Assembly: GCF_964213995.1 (NCBI RefSeq)
Contig: NW_027590140.1
Coordinates: 992,001-1,056,000, forward strand
Length of the DNA stretch: 64,000 nucleotides
Source: Mustelus asterias
Lineage: Eukaryota
Direction: 5' to 3'
Made by a program: the position numbers and the translations under genes. This document shows, in pieces, positions 12,919-26,112 of the stretch. Under the pieces are notes generated by a model. The model was not told where the DNA came from. It did no database searches and worked only from the letters and a program-made list of their open reading frames with translations. Within the stretch, counting starts at the first letter, position 1. Every line of letters starts with the position of its first letter.

Positions 12919-12989
12919 GCCTGGCTACCTTAGTCGGTTGCATGGCAGATGTAATTGCAGAGTCTTGGGTTCAAGTTCCACGTTAGGCG
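12919..12989 (+). pseudogene. tRNA-Lys pseudogene
   Basis: GCCTGGCTACCTTAGTCGGT..GTCTTGGGTTCAAGTTCCACGTTAGGCG resembles tRNA-Lys(CTT). Confidence 0.65.
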
Positions 12990-14408
12990 CCATTGTTTTT
13001 AAACTTTGCTGATTTCCTGGTTAAATTCCAGCTCTCCATTCCTCCGGCAGTGACACCACTCAAACTGAGGCTTTCTCCATCTCGCGTTGTTCATCTCACA
13101 ATTACAGATTTCTGAATAAAAACTGTTTGCAATCAGTAGAAGTCAAATAGTTTAGTGTTTCATTCAGGGAGAAGTTTTTTAGAAGTCATTTAGCCCGAGA
13201 TTTTTATCCAGAAATTAGTGATATTTCTGTCAGTGTAAACGGTTAAATCTGACCTATTACCACCCGGATTTTAGCTTGTATCACCATCTCCATCGTCAGC
13301 GCTTTGGAGCTCATCACTGCCTTTGACTGTCTGTGTTTGATCTCAGCCTGTCACCCATGTAACATTTCCAACTCGGAAACAGTGATCCTGCTGCAGATGA
13401 TTTACATTGCAATAAAAGCAGTAAATCCTGGAACTTTCAGCCAATCTGAGTGCTTCTGTGAAGAGCGAAACATTGTTTACATTTCTAGTCTATGTTCTTC
13501 CATTGGAATTGCATTGTGTCGCTGACAACTCGATTGGCTCTGTTTATCAATCCACTGAAGCTGTCAGTGAAAACTGCCCCCCACTTCACTGGGAGTAAAT
13601 GGAACACGTTTATCATTGCAGCCGAACAAATATTCCTTCATGGGATATTCCCTTAACACCTGATGGGGCAGAGGGAACCTCAGTTTAAAATATCCGTTAG
13701 TGCAGCAATCTCTCAGTTATTCCGGAATTTTAACCTATATTGTTGTGTTCAAGTCACAGTAATGCAATTTGGCCTAATGACATTCCAAAATCGTTACCAA
13801 CAGAGTCACAGGAAATTAAACTATTTAATGTAACAGAATTAATGGCAGGATTAGTGGGAGTGGTTCAGTAATGCATTTCACCCAGACGGTGGCTTATAGA
13901 ACTCACAGCCTGAACTGTGATGAGGCAGAACTCTCCATTGGTTTTGAAAATAGAATACTTGGAAAAAAACTTGTGGTCCTGTAACCGACGGAAATGCAGA
14001 GAAACAGATACGATGTGGGATTAAACTGGAAGAAATTAGAGATTTAATGGTTTACAACGAATACAGAGTCAAGGAAAACAGAGCATGAAAGGAGGAAAGA
14101 TCAAACGTCCTTACGGTAAAATGTAAGGCTGGAGTGATTGAATTACAACGGGAATGATTATTGTTTCCACTGACACAATATCCCAGATTTGGTTTCAAAT
14201 TTGGCGCAAAATTAGAAGAATCCTTCTCGCTGAATAAAGCACTAAACTCGTCGACTTCCAGGGAAACAGAGACAGCTTTAAAGCAGAAAGCAATAAATGT
14301 GATGTGAACAAAGTGGGATGGAGAAAGTCTCAGTTTGAACGTTGACACTGCCGGGGGAAAGTGGAGCTGGAGTTCACCCAGGAAAGCAGCAAAGTTTAAA
14401 AGTAATGA

Positions 14409-14472
14409 CACCTAACTGGGGCTCAAACCCTGAAATTAAAGCTTCATGTTTTACCGACTGAGCTAGACAGGA
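14409..14472 (-). pseudogene. tRNA-Lys pseudogene
   Basis: GGGGCTCAAACCC..TTACCGACTGAGCTAGACAGG is the reverse complement of tRNA-Lys(CTT) with a deletion. Confidence 0.65.
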
Positions 14473-15089
14473 ACACGGAAGAAGCGGCACTCCATATCCT
14501 AAAATATGTGAAGACTAACTTTTTTTTTGTCCATTTGTTGTCTCAGTTTATTCTGATTGCAAAGTTTGCAATTAATCGAACGACAGAATCCCCAAGATTT
14601 CAATGTATTCCTCTCAATCATTAATAATTTCATTCACATCCTCCACTTCTTAGTTTCATCTCCATCCTAACATAGCAAACTCCTTTTACATGTTTCGCCT
14701 TAATATTTTTGTTCCAAGTCCCCCGGCTAGGTGAAATCAACGTTTCGGTATGGACACTGTAAAACTGTCTCCCAGTTACAGAATTTTTAATCAGATTACT
14801 TCTGCTTATTCTGAACTATAGAAAGAACAGACTCATCCCACTGAATATCTCCTCCCTGGACAACCGCCTCATCACAGAAATCAATCCAGGGAATTTAGCT
14901 CACACAGACACAGCAGAAAAAAAGAGCAAACAATGAACAGTGATAGATGCACAGACAGAGAGACTGAGGGGAGAAAAGAATGGGACAGTTATAGAGACAA
15001 AGTGAGACAGACAGTGACAGAGATTGGGATGGACACACAACCCACGAATGAATCATAATAAACACACAGCCAGCTGTCCGAATTACAAG

Positions 15090-16610
15090 CATAGAGTCAT
15101 GGAGGTTTACAGCATGGAAACAGGCCCTTCGCCCCACATTGTCCATGCCGCCACTTTTTTAAACACTAAACTTGTCCCAATTGCCTGTGTTGGGCCCATA
15201 TCCCTCTATAACCATCTTACCCATTTAACTGTCTAAACACTTTTTAAAAGACAAACCTGTACCCGCCTCTCCTACTACATCTGGCAGCTTATTCCAGACA
15301 CTCACCATCCTCCATGTGAAAAGATTGACCATCTGGGCACTTTGTATCTCTCCCCTCTCACCTTAAACCTATGCCCTCCAGTTTTAGACTCCCCTCCCTT
15401 TGAGAAAATTTTGACTATCTAGCTGATCTATTCCCCTCATTATTTTATAGACCTCTATAAGATCACCCTCAGTCTTCCATGCTCCAGAGAAAAAAGTCCA
15501 AGTCTATCCATCCTCTCCTTATAACTCAAAATATCAATCCCGGCATCATCCTAGTAAATCTTGTCTGCATTCCTTCTAGTTTAATAATATCCCTTCTATA
15601 ACAGGGTGGCCAGAGCTGTACACAGTATTCCAAGTGTGGCCTTACCAATGTCTTGTACAACTTCAACAAGACGTCCCAACTCCTCTATTCAATGTTCTGG
15701 CCAATGAAACCAAGCATGCTGAATGCCTTCTCCACCACCGTCCACCTGTGACTAAACTTTGAAGGAGCGATGAACTGTACCCCAAGATATCTTTTTTTCT
15801 AAAACTCTCACCAACGCCCGACCATTAATTGCGCAAGTCCTGTCCTGGTTCGATCTACCAAAATGCATCACCTCGCATTCATCTAAACTAAACTCCATTT
15901 GCCATTCGTCAGCCCACTAGCCCAATTGATCAAGATCCCGCTGCAATTCTCGATAACCTTCTTCACTGTGCATAATGCCTCCAATCTTGGTGTCATCTGC
16001 AAACTTACTAACCATGCCTGCTAAATTCTCATCAAAATCATTAAAATAAATGACAAATAACAGTGGAACCAGGACCGACCCTGAGGCACACCGCTGGTGA
16101 CAGGCCTCCAATTTGAAAGCAACTCTCTACAACCACCCTCTGTCTTCTATCATCAAGCCAATTTTACATCCATTTGGCTACCTCACGCGGAATACCGTAA
16201 GATTAAACTTATGCAACAACCTGCCATGCGGTATCTTGTCAAATGCCTCCTAAAGTCCATGCAGACAACATCAATTACACTGCCCTCATCGGCCTTCTTG
16301 GTTACCCTTTCAAAAAACTCAATCAAATTTGTGAGACATGATTTTCCACTCACAGAACCATGCTGATCAGTCCTTGCCTCTCTAAATGCCTCCAGATCCT
16401 GTTTCTCAGACTACCTTCGAACAACGTACCCACTACAGATGTGAGGCTCAGCAGCCTGTAGCTCCCAGGCTTCTCCCTGCAACCCTTTTTAAACAAAAGC
16501 ACGGCATTTCCCACCCTCCAGTCTTCAGGCAGATCACCTGTGGCTTTCGATGATTCAGATATCTCTGCAAGGGGACCCGCAATTTCCCCGAGTCTCCCAT
16601 AACGTGGGTG
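15090..16610 (-). mobile_element. CR1 LINE, 5'-truncated and degenerate
   Basis: RT fragments ([27 protein letters not shown]); same subfamily as 44665-45915. Confidence 0.9.
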
Positions 16611-16619
16611 GTCGTCTGA

Positions 16620-19245
16620 AGCATAGAAGCATAGAAGCATAGAAAAACAGCTCAGAAACAGGCCTTTTGGCCCTTTTTGTCTGTGCCGAACCATTTTATG
16701 CCTAGTCCCACTGACCTGCACTTGGACCATATCCCTCCACACCCCTCTCATCCATGAACCCGTCCAAGTTTATCTTAAATGTTAAAAGTGACCAACATTT
16801 ACCACTTTATCCGGCAGCTCATTCCACACTCCCACCATTCTCTGCGTGAAGAAGCCCCCCCTAATATTCCCTTTAAACTTTTCTCCTTTCACCCTTCAAC
16901 CATGCCCTCTGGTTTTTTTCTCCCCTAGCCTCAGCGGAAAAAGCCTGCTTGCATTCACTCTATCTATACCCATCAAAATCTTATACACCTCTATCAAATC
17001 TCCCCTCAATCTTCTACGCTCCAGGGAATAAAGTCCCAACCTATTCAATCTCTCTCTGTAACTCAGCTTCTCAAGTCCCGGCAACATTCTTGTGAACCTT
17101 CCCTGCACTCTTTCAATCGTATTTACATCCTTCCTGTAACTAGGTGACCAAAACTGTACACAATACTCCAAATTCGGCCTCACCAATGCCTTATATAACC
17201 TTACCATAACACTCCAACTTTTATATTCGATACTCCGATTTATAAAGGCCAATGTACCAAAGGCACTCTTTACGACCCTATCCACCTGTGACGTCACTTT
17301 TAGGGAATTCTGTACCTGTATTCCCAGATCCCTCTGTTCAACTGCACTCTTCAGAGTCCTACCATTTACCCAGTACGTTCTTCTTTGGTTTGTCCTTCCA
17401 AAGTGCAATATCTCACACTTGTCTGCGTTAAATTCCATTTGTCATTTTCAGCCCATTTTTCTAGTTGGTCCAAATCCCTCTGCAAGCTTTGAAAACCTTC
17501 CTCACTGTCCACTACACCTCCAATCTTTGTATCATCAGCAAACTTGCTGATCCAATTTACCACATTATCATCCAGATCATTGATATAGATGACAAACAAC
17601 AATGGACCCAACACCGATCCGTGCGGCACACCACTAGTCACAGGCCTCCACTCAGAGAAGCAATCCTCCACAACCACTCTCTGGCTTCTTCCATTGAGCC
17701 AGTGTCTAATCCAATTTACTACCTCCCCATGTATACCCAGCGACTGAACCTTCCTAACTAACCTCCCATGAGGGACCTTGTCAAAGGCCTTGCTGAAATC
17801 CAGGTAGACAACATCCACCGCCTTCCCTTCATCCACTTTCCTGGTAACCTCCTCGAAAAACTCTAATAGATTGGTCAAACATGACCTACCACGCACAAAG
17901 CCATGTTGACTCTCCCTAATAAGTCCCTGTCTATCCAAATATTTGTAGATCCTATCCCTTATCACACCTTCCAATAACTTGCCCACCACCGACGTCAAAC
18001 TTACTGGCCGGTAATTTCCCGGATTTCTTTTGGAACCTTTTTTAAACAACGGAACAACATGAGCCATCCTCCAATCATCCGGCACCTCCCCCGTGAATAC
18101 TGACATTTTAAATATGTCTGCCAGGGCCCCTGCAAGTTCAACACTAGCTTCCCTCAAGGTCCGTGGGAATACCCTGTCCGGTCCTGGGGATTTATCCACT
18201 CTGATTTGCCTCAAGACAGCAAGCACCTCCTCCCCTTTAATCTGTAACGGTTCCGTGTCCTCCCTACCAGTTTGCCCTATTTCCGTGGACTCCATGCCCG
18301 TTTCCTCAGTAAACACGGATGCAAAAAACCCATTTAGTATCTCCCCCATCTCTTTTGGTTCCATACACAGTCTACCACTCTGGTCTTCAAGAGGACCAAT
18401 TTTATCCCTCACTATCCTTTTGCTCCTAACATACCTATAGAAGCTCTTTGGATTTTCCTTCACTCTGTCTGCCAAAGCAACCTCATGTCTTCTTTTTGCC
18501 CTCCTGATTTCCCTCTTAAGTAGCTTCTTGCACTTTTTATACTCCTCGAGCATCTGATGTGTTCCTTGCTGCCTGTACATTTCATACAACTCTCTCTTCC
18601 TCTTAATCAGTGTTACAATCTCCCTCGAGAACCAAGGTTCCTTATTCCTATTTAGTTTGCCTTTTATCCTGACAGGAACATACAAACTCTGCACTCTCAA
18701 AATTTCTCCTTTGAAGGCCTCCAACTTTCCATTTACATCCTTACCAGAGAACAGCCTGTGCCAATCCACACTTCCCAGATCCCTTCTCATTTCATCAAAT
18801 TTGGCCTTTTTCCAGTTCAGAACTTCAACCCGAGGACCAGATCTATCCTTATCCACGATCAGGTTGAAACTAATGGCATTATGATCACTGGGTCCAAAGT
18901 GTTCCCTCACACTCACATCCATCACCTGCCCTAACTCATTTCCCAATAGGAGATCCAATATCGCATCCTCTCTAGTTGGCACCTCTATATACTGATGTAG
19001 AAAATTCTCCTGAACACATTTTACAAACTCTACCCCGTCTAAACCTTTAACAGTATGCGAGTCCCAATCTATATGTGGAAAATTAAAATCTCCTACTGTC
19101 ACAACTTTGTGTTTCTTGCAGTTGTCAGCTATCTCTCCACTGATTTGCTCCTCCAATTCTCGCTGACTATTGGGTGGTCTATAATACAAGCCCATTAATG
19201 TGGTCATACCTTTCCTGTTTCTCAGCTCCACCCATAGGGCCTCTG
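16620..19245 (-). mobile_element. Young CR1 LINE, ORF2 (partial APE endonuclease plus RT) with one frameshift near 17445
   Basis: ORFs 17366-19231 and 16896-17438: GDFNFP, SDHN, YRPVSLTS, FADDTK; (TTCTATGC)n tail. Confidence 0.97.
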
Positions 19246-19433
19246 TCGAAGGAATGAGGTCCTCTCAATTCGTGTCTGCAAGCAGAGTCAGCCATTGAAA
19301 ATGTTTTGATTTACTTGTGAGCCTGCTATGGCGTTAGAATGTGTTCAGGTTCTCAACCCAAAGCCCATGTGAAGCAATCCCGCCGTGTACACGGAAAACA
19401 AATTTACAGAACCAGTACCTTGTCCAATTCAAA

Positions 19434-19523
19434 ACAGCAGAAATGGATTTGAACCCGGGACCTCTCGCAAGCTTGCGAATTTCAACACCCAAAGCGAGAA
19501 TCATACCCCTAGACCAACGAGCC
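19434..19523 (-). pseudogene. tRNA-Pro(TGG) with 18-nt intron (19470-19487); 3' acceptor strand replaced
   Basis: GGCTCGTTGGTCTAGGGGTATGATTCTCGCTTTGGG[TGTTGAAATTCGCAAGCT]TGCGAGAGGTCCCGGGTTCAAATCC followed by a non-pairing 3' end. Confidence 0.88.
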
Positions 19524-19894
19524 TTCGTTGCAAATGTTTGCCAAATAATTATATTTTCATTGTCATCCAAAATTGATCATACATCTGCAGTGAAAGTTGA
19601 AAATGCTGGAATCGCTCAGAAAGTCAGAGAGTGTGTGTGCACAGAGAAACAAAGCTCATCTTTCACCTCTATACCCTTTAACTGACACTGGGGATGCTTA
19701 AAGATGTAGAACGTTTCGAGCAAATGAGATGCAGGAGGGACGAAACATAACATCCTGTCGGGTGGAAGTCAGGAGAGGTGAGATGAGGGAAACAAAGAAA
19801 CACAAAGCGATTAACCACAGAATGAGGCCGTTCGGAAGTTCTTTCCAGGACACACATGTGCTGTGGATAAAGGGGAACCGGTGAATGTACTGTA

Positions 19895-20522
19895 CATAGA
19901 TTACACTGGATTGCTTGCCTTTATCGGACGGGGCATAGAGTTTAAAAGTTGGGGTCTGATGTTGCAGTTGTATAGAACGTTGGTTTGGCCGCATTTGGAA
20001 TACTGCACCCAGTTCTGGTTGCCACACTACCGGAAGGACATAGAGGCTTCAGAGAGAGTGCAGAGGAGGTTTACCAGGATGCTGCCTGGTATGGAAGGGC
20101 TTAGTTATGAGGAGAGATTGGGTAAACTGGAGTTGTTCTCACTGGAAAGACGGAGGATGAGGGGTGACCGAATAGAGGTGTATAAAGTTATGAAAGGCAT
20201 AGTTAGGGTGAACGGTGGGAAGCTTTTTCACAGGTCGGTGGTGACGTTCACGAGGGGTCATAGGTTCAAGGTGAGGGGGGGAGGTTTAACACGGATATCA
20301 GAAGGACGTATTTTACACAGAGGGAGGTGGGGGCCTGGAATGCGCTGCCGGGCAAGGTGGTGGAGGCGGACACACTGGGAACGTTTAAGACTTATCTAGA
20401 TAGCCACATGAACGGAGTGGGAATGGAGGGATACAAAAGAATGGTCTAGTTTGGACCAGAGAGCGGCGCGGGCTTGGAGGGCCGAAGGGCCTGTTCCTGT
20501 GCTGTATTGTTCTTTGTTCTTT
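19895..20522 (+). mobile_element. CR1 LINE 3' fragment
   Basis: PHLEYCTQFW..RRRMRGD motifs with a (TTGTTCT)n tail; absent from the paralogous region near 980. Confidence 0.9.
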
Positions 20523-21189
20523 GGAGCCACATTGAGTTTTGCAAGTTCCACTCAGTAATATGGAAACATAGGAATCAGGAGCTCAAAGAGGCAAATTCAG
20601 CCCTTCGAGCCTGCTCCGTCATTCAATCAGATCATGGCTGATCTCTCCCTGGTCTCAAGTCCACTTCCCCATTGTTTCCTTAAAAAGAGGTCAAGTCCAC
20701 TTCCCCATCTGTTCCTCATTTCCCTTTAAACATTTTTTGAAAAAAATCAGAAATATATCTATCTCCTTTTGAAACCATTCAATCTTTCAGAACCCACCGC
20801 GTTCTGGGGCAGCGAATTCCAGACACTCGCCACTCTGCGAGAACACTCTATGCGAGAAGTACGTCCTCCTCATTTCAGATTTAAATCAACCGCCTCTCAA
20901 TCTATACCTGCGTCTTCTTGTTCTACATTGCCCCATTGAGGAATCATTTGGTCGACGTTTATTCCATTTGTTCCCTTTAGACTCTTGTACACCTCGATAA
21001 CTTCAGCAACTTGTGAGACTATTTCACCTCGCTGTCGACGTCATGTCCTGGCAAATACAGTGGGTGTTGTCATTCGCTGAAAGAACCAAGTCTGTCCCTC
21101 TAAACAGGATATTCTGAAGGAAATACTTGTCGTTGATGAAAATGATCTGAGATGAAAATAATAAGCAGAGAGATGTATTTTAAAGTTTA

Positions 21190-21480
21190 TTTAGTCGTGT
21201 TACAAGTAGGCTTGCATTAACATTTCAATGAAGTTGCTGTGAAAATCTGCTGGTCGCCACACTTGGCTGCCTGTTTAGGTAATTAGCAGAAGAATTAGCA
21301 TAGCCAACCCAACTACCGTGCGCATCTTTGCACTCTGGGAAGAAACCAGAGCATTCGCAGGAAACCCACACAGAAACACGAAGAACGTGCAGGCCCCACA
21401 CAGACAGTGATCCAAGCCAAGTATCGAACGCTTGTCTTTCGCACTGTGAGGTAACAGTATCAAACACGACACCACCGTCC
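21190..21480 (-). mobile_element. SINE (HE1-related)
   Basis: GAAACCCACACAGAAACACG..CACACAGACAGTGATCCAAGCC body. Confidence 0.7.
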
Positions 21481-21517
21481 CATAGGGTACGTCAGTTTAA
21501 AAATACAGTTCACCCGT

Positions 21518-21688
21518 TACCCTTGGAGTTAAGTGGTTTGTGTTCAGTACCCACCCCTCCCGCTCCCTCCCCCCCCCCCACCCGCCCACCCGCCCCCACC
21601 GTCCCTCCCCCCCCCCCCCCCCCCCCCCCCCACCCGCCGTCCCCCCCGTCCCCGGGTTATGTTTGCTTTCAATTCCCGCTCAGGAAAA
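21518..21688 (+). pseudogene. tRNA-Glu remnant interrupted by a C-rich tract of about 100 bp
   Basis: Paralog of 1644-1714; C tract at 21551-21653; ends TTCAATTCCCGCTCAGGAAA. Confidence 0.5.
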
Positions 21689-22820
21689 GAAGAATCATTT
21701 GCTGTTACCAATTTTGAGGTTCATGGACAGGGTGAACGGAAAGCACCTCTTCCCCTTGGTTGCGAAGTTAATCGTTGCTCTCAGCAAACGGTTAAAAGTA
21801 ACCTGATTTAAACTCTGATGTAAAGCAGATCAGCAAAATCAGCAGAGTGAAGTTTGCAAGTTTACTTCAGAGCTGAAAATGTCTAGAACAAACACAGAAA
21901 GAGAAGAACAGTGATAGGTTGTAATGAGGTGGAGCTGCTGGCATTGTGGGCTGGGCACAGAAATAAATCTAACAACACCAACTTAAAGTCCAACAGCTTT
22001 ATTCGGAATCAATCACTCAAAGAAGCAGCGCTCCCTCAGCTGGTGATTCCAAATAAACCTGCTGGACTTTACCCTGGTTGTTGTGAGACTTCTAAAAGTG
22101 ATAGATTACAAATCGCTGAGGACAGCGATGGTGAAGCAAGGTAAAATCTGGAAGACAATGGATCAGATTTCACCGTTTATACTGACACTGAATTGTAAAA
22201 CTTTGAAAATTATCTCACTCTGTAATGAACAATATTTGGAAATATTTATGTCCGGTTTCGCACCCTCGGAACCAAACGTGATAACTGCAGTGGAGCGTTT
22301 GTTGTCATTATCTGAACACATTCAATTATGGATGGTGACAAAATAACAAATAGAACGTGGATGAATCAAATTGTAAAACACGCTGCAAGATGCTTGTCTG
22401 GGGGTTAGAGTTTGATACTTCACTGCTGTGTTAATTGAAGGTCAGAAAATGAAGATTTATTGCTCTCGTCCTAACCGTGAAAATAAATATCGGATATTTC
22501 CTGGAAGAACAGAGAAATCTCAGTCTCGCCTCGTGTCCGTCCTTTCTGAAGTGAAGACCGTGATCAGATTCAACAGGAAGTTTTATTTTCATTTCGCAGG
22601 AGATTGGGAAACAGGCGAGGTTAAGGTAGTTTAAATGGTGTCGACCCTTCACTGCAGCTCATTTTGTCTCAGACTGGAGATGGATTCTATTTGTTACACA
22701 GTTCAGGATTACCAGATTCAGCGAAGGAGCAGATTCAAGCCTTCTGATGGCCTTTCCCAGCTCCGTTGCTTCTAATGTATTTCAGTAACAATAACAGTAA
22801 ATAACACGCTTACCATATTG

Positions 22821-22902
22821 TTTAGCGTGGCCGAGTGATCTACGGCGCTGGAAATAATACTCCAGTTTCTGCCAAAAAGTTTCTTCGAATCCCACAATTG
22901 AC
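22821..22902 (+). pseudogene. tRNA-Leu pseudogene
   Basis: TAGCGTGGCCGAGTGATCTACGGCGCTGGA..TTCGAATCCCAC; flanks are paralogous to the 2648 and 3709 units. Confidence 0.8.
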
Positions 22903-23465
22903 AGAATTGTTGTTTGCTTTGGCCCTTGCAGCTGAAGATAAACAGTTCAGATTGAATGTAGCAGTGTGGGCGGTGTCGTTCCTGGTAGGAAAAAAGAGGA
23001 GGAACAGTGCCAATGAAACAGTTGTTGGGGGAAAGGAGAATGTGTGGAAGGAGTGCAGTTGCTCCTATAGGGGGAACACACGGAAACACCGGCTGAATGA
23101 CTGGCTGCCGATATAAGCAACAGTATTGCAAACAGTGAGACTGTATTCCCGGCCCAGGGGTTAAATTCTGGATAAAAGCAAATTACTGCGGATGCTGGAA
23201 TCTCTGAAAGTGAGTCATCTGGATTCGAAGCTACAGCTCTTTTCTCTCCTTACAGATGCTACCTGACCTGCTGAGGTTTTCCAACATTTTCTCATTTGGT
23301 TCCAGGGACAAATGTGACGAATTTAAATTTTCCAAGTGAAGTTCAAATCCTGTCCTGTACGCTTCCCATCATTCCTCATTGTGACTATGTTTTTAGGGAA
23401 AGTCATTTGAATTAAAGCAATGGGTACGAAGATGATCATCTCATTACCAATGTGTCACGTCAGCT

Positions 23466-23529
23466 TCCCTGAGAGCATAATGATCAGGATTCGGCGCAGT
23501 GGCCCCACGTTCAATTCCCAGTCATGGAG
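23466..23529 (+). pseudogene. tRNA-Glu remnant
   Basis: TCCCTGA..AGGATTCGGCGC..GTTCAATTCCCAGTCATGGA. Confidence 0.55.
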
Positions 23530-23749
23530 TCAATCATCTTTTGTTCAATTCTTCATTTACTGAAAACACGACTCACAGCGCCTGTGAAGGGAGAAACAAG
23601 GTTAATCTTCCAGCTGGATGAGTTTATATCAGAGCTGGGAAAATCAAACGTGTAACTTTGACAATAAACTCTGAAGAAGAGTCAGATGATACACACGACG
23701 CACATGTCAAATCTTACCATTTTCAAGGTGCATATTTTAACTTCCTTCC

Positions 23750-25730
23750 CCTGTGACTGAGGGAAGTGCAGTTGATCTAGTTTGTTTTGTTCGAGCAAAG
23801 CACTGAGAAGGTCCCACAAGGGAGACTGATTGAGAATATAGAAGCACTTGGAATTCAGGAAACTGGGCGAGATGGATCCGAAAATGTCTTCATAATAGGA
23901 CACATAGGGCAGTGGTAGAAGTCTGTTCGAATGAATGGAGGTTAGAGCAAACTGGCCTACTATAGGTTTCAGTGCTGAGACGCTTTTTGTTTGTTACATG
24001 CATAAATAATATAGATGATAATTTGAGGGGAATTATAAGCAAGTTTGCAGCTGGTACAAAGATTGTTGGCGTGGTTAATATTGAAGACGAAAACCCTATG
24101 TTCAAGGAAGATCTCGATAGGTTGGTCAGATGGAACCAACAGTGGCAGATGGTGTATAAACCGGATAAGTGCGAGGTGATGCACTTTGGAAGAAATAATA
24201 ACACAGGTGACTATTTAATGAATCGCAGGACATTAGGAAGCTCAGAGGAACATGTGGATTAGGAGTACTTATAAACTGATCCCTGAAGGTAGCAGAGCAG
24301 TTGAATAGGCTAGCTACGACGGCATAAGGGGCACCTTGTTTTTATCAGTCGTGGCATAGAATATAAGGGCAAGGAGTTAACGTTGGAGTTGTACAGCGCG
24401 GTGGTTAGGCCAGAGCTGGAGTACTGTGCGCAGTTCTGGCCAGCTCACTGTAGGAAGGATGTGATTATACTAACAGGGGAACAGAGCAGATTCACCAAGA
24501 TTTTTCCTGGGACGGAACATTTGAGCGAAAAGGGGGAACAAAGAACAAAGAACAGTACAGCACAGGAAACAGGCCCTTCGGCCCTCCAAGCCTGTGCCGC
24601 TCCTTGGTCCAACTAGACCAATCGTTTGTACCCCTCCATTCCCAGGCTGCTCATGTGACTATCCAGGTAAGTCTTAAACGATGTCAGCGTGCCTGCCTCC
24701 ACCACCCTACTTGGCAGCGCATTCCAGGCCCCCACCACCCTCTGTGTAAAAAACGTACCTCTGATATCCGAGTTATACTTCGCCCCTCTCAGCTTGAGTC
24801 CGTGACCCCTCGTGATCGTCACCTCCGACCTGGGAAAAAGCTTCCCACTGTTCACCCTATCTATACCCTTCATAATCTTGTACACCTCTATTAGATCTCC
24901 CCTCATTCTCCGTCTTTCCAAGGAGAACAACCCCAGTCTACCCAATCTCTCCTCATAGCTAAGACCCTCCATACCAGGCAACATCCTGGTAAACCTTCTC
25001 TGCACTCTCTCCAATGCCTCCACGTCCTTCTGGTAGTGCGGCGACCAGAACTGGACGCAGTACTCCAAATGTGACCTAACCAGCGTTCTATACAGCTGCA
25101 CCATCAGACTCCAGCTTTTATACTCTATACCCCATCCTATAAAGGCAAGCATACCATATGCCTTCTTCACCACCTTCTCCACCTGTGTTGCCACCTTCAA
25201 GGATTTGTGGACTTGCACACCTAGGTTCCTCTGTGTTTCTATACTCCTGATGACTCTGCCATTTATTGTATAACTCCTCCCTACATTATTTCTTCCAAAA
25301 TGTGGATAGTGGATAGGGTTGGATTATTTTCCTTTGAACAGAGAAGGCTGAGGGATTGCGGGGGCTGATTGTGGCGTATAAGTTTGAGGTTCATGGACAG
25401 GGTGAAGGGAAAGCAGCTCTTCCCCTTTGTTGAGAAGTTAATCACGAGGGGGCATAGTTTTAAGCTAAGGGGCTAGAGATTCGGCAAATATTTTTTTTTC
25501 ACGAAGAGGTTGGGGAAATATGTACTACAGCGCCTGGGAAGGTATTATTGGAGGCCGGAAAAGTTACAAACTTTAAAAAGTATCTGGATGAACACTTGAA
25601 AAATCATAGCATTCAAGGATATGGGACATGTGCTAGAAAATGGGATTAGCGCGATGTTCGTGGCAGTTATTGTTGTTGTACACTCGATGGGCCAAACCGT
25701 CTCTACTGCGCTGTACGACGCTATGACTAA
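23750..25730 (+). mobile_element. Old CR1 LINE containing a nested antisense CR1
   Basis: Degenerate RT (SKFAAGTKI, RPELEYCAQFW) on + resumes after 25302. Confidence 0.8.
24535..25302 (-). mobile_element. CR1 LINE 3' fragment (nested)
   Basis: ORF 24613-25218 encodes the CR1 ORF2 C-terminus; (TTCTTTG)n tail. Confidence 0.92.
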
Positions 25731-25749
25731 GCACAGTTCACAGTGAACT

Positions 25750-26112
25750 GGGGCGGCACGGTAGCACAGTGGGGCGGCACGGTAGCACAGTGGTTAGCAT
25801 TGCTGCTTCACAGCTCCAGGGTCCCGGGTTCGATTCCCGGCTCGGGTCACTGTCTGTGTGGAGTTTGCACATTCTCCTCGTGTCTGCGTGGGTTTCCTCC
25901 GGGTGCTCCGGTTTCCTCCCACAGTCCAAAGATGTGCGGGTTAGGTTGATTGGCCAGGTTAAAAATTATCCCTTAGAGTCCTGGGATGTGTAGGTTAGAG
26001 GGATTAGCGGGTAAATATGTGGGGGTAGGGCCTGGGTGGGATCGTGGTCGGTGCAGACTCGATGGGCCGAATGGCCTCCTTCTGCACTGTAGGGTTTCTA
26101 TGGTTTCTATGG
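25750..26112 (+). mobile_element. HE1-type SINE with duplicated 21-bp 5' head
   Basis: GGGGCGGCACGGTAGCACAGT occurs twice; B box GGTTCGATTCCC; (TTTCTATGG)n tail. Confidence 0.92.

Noticed and set aside
21328-21811. Proline-rich ORFs (and Gly-rich ORFs at 27414 and 41932)
   Set aside because: Translations of poly-C or poly-G tracts
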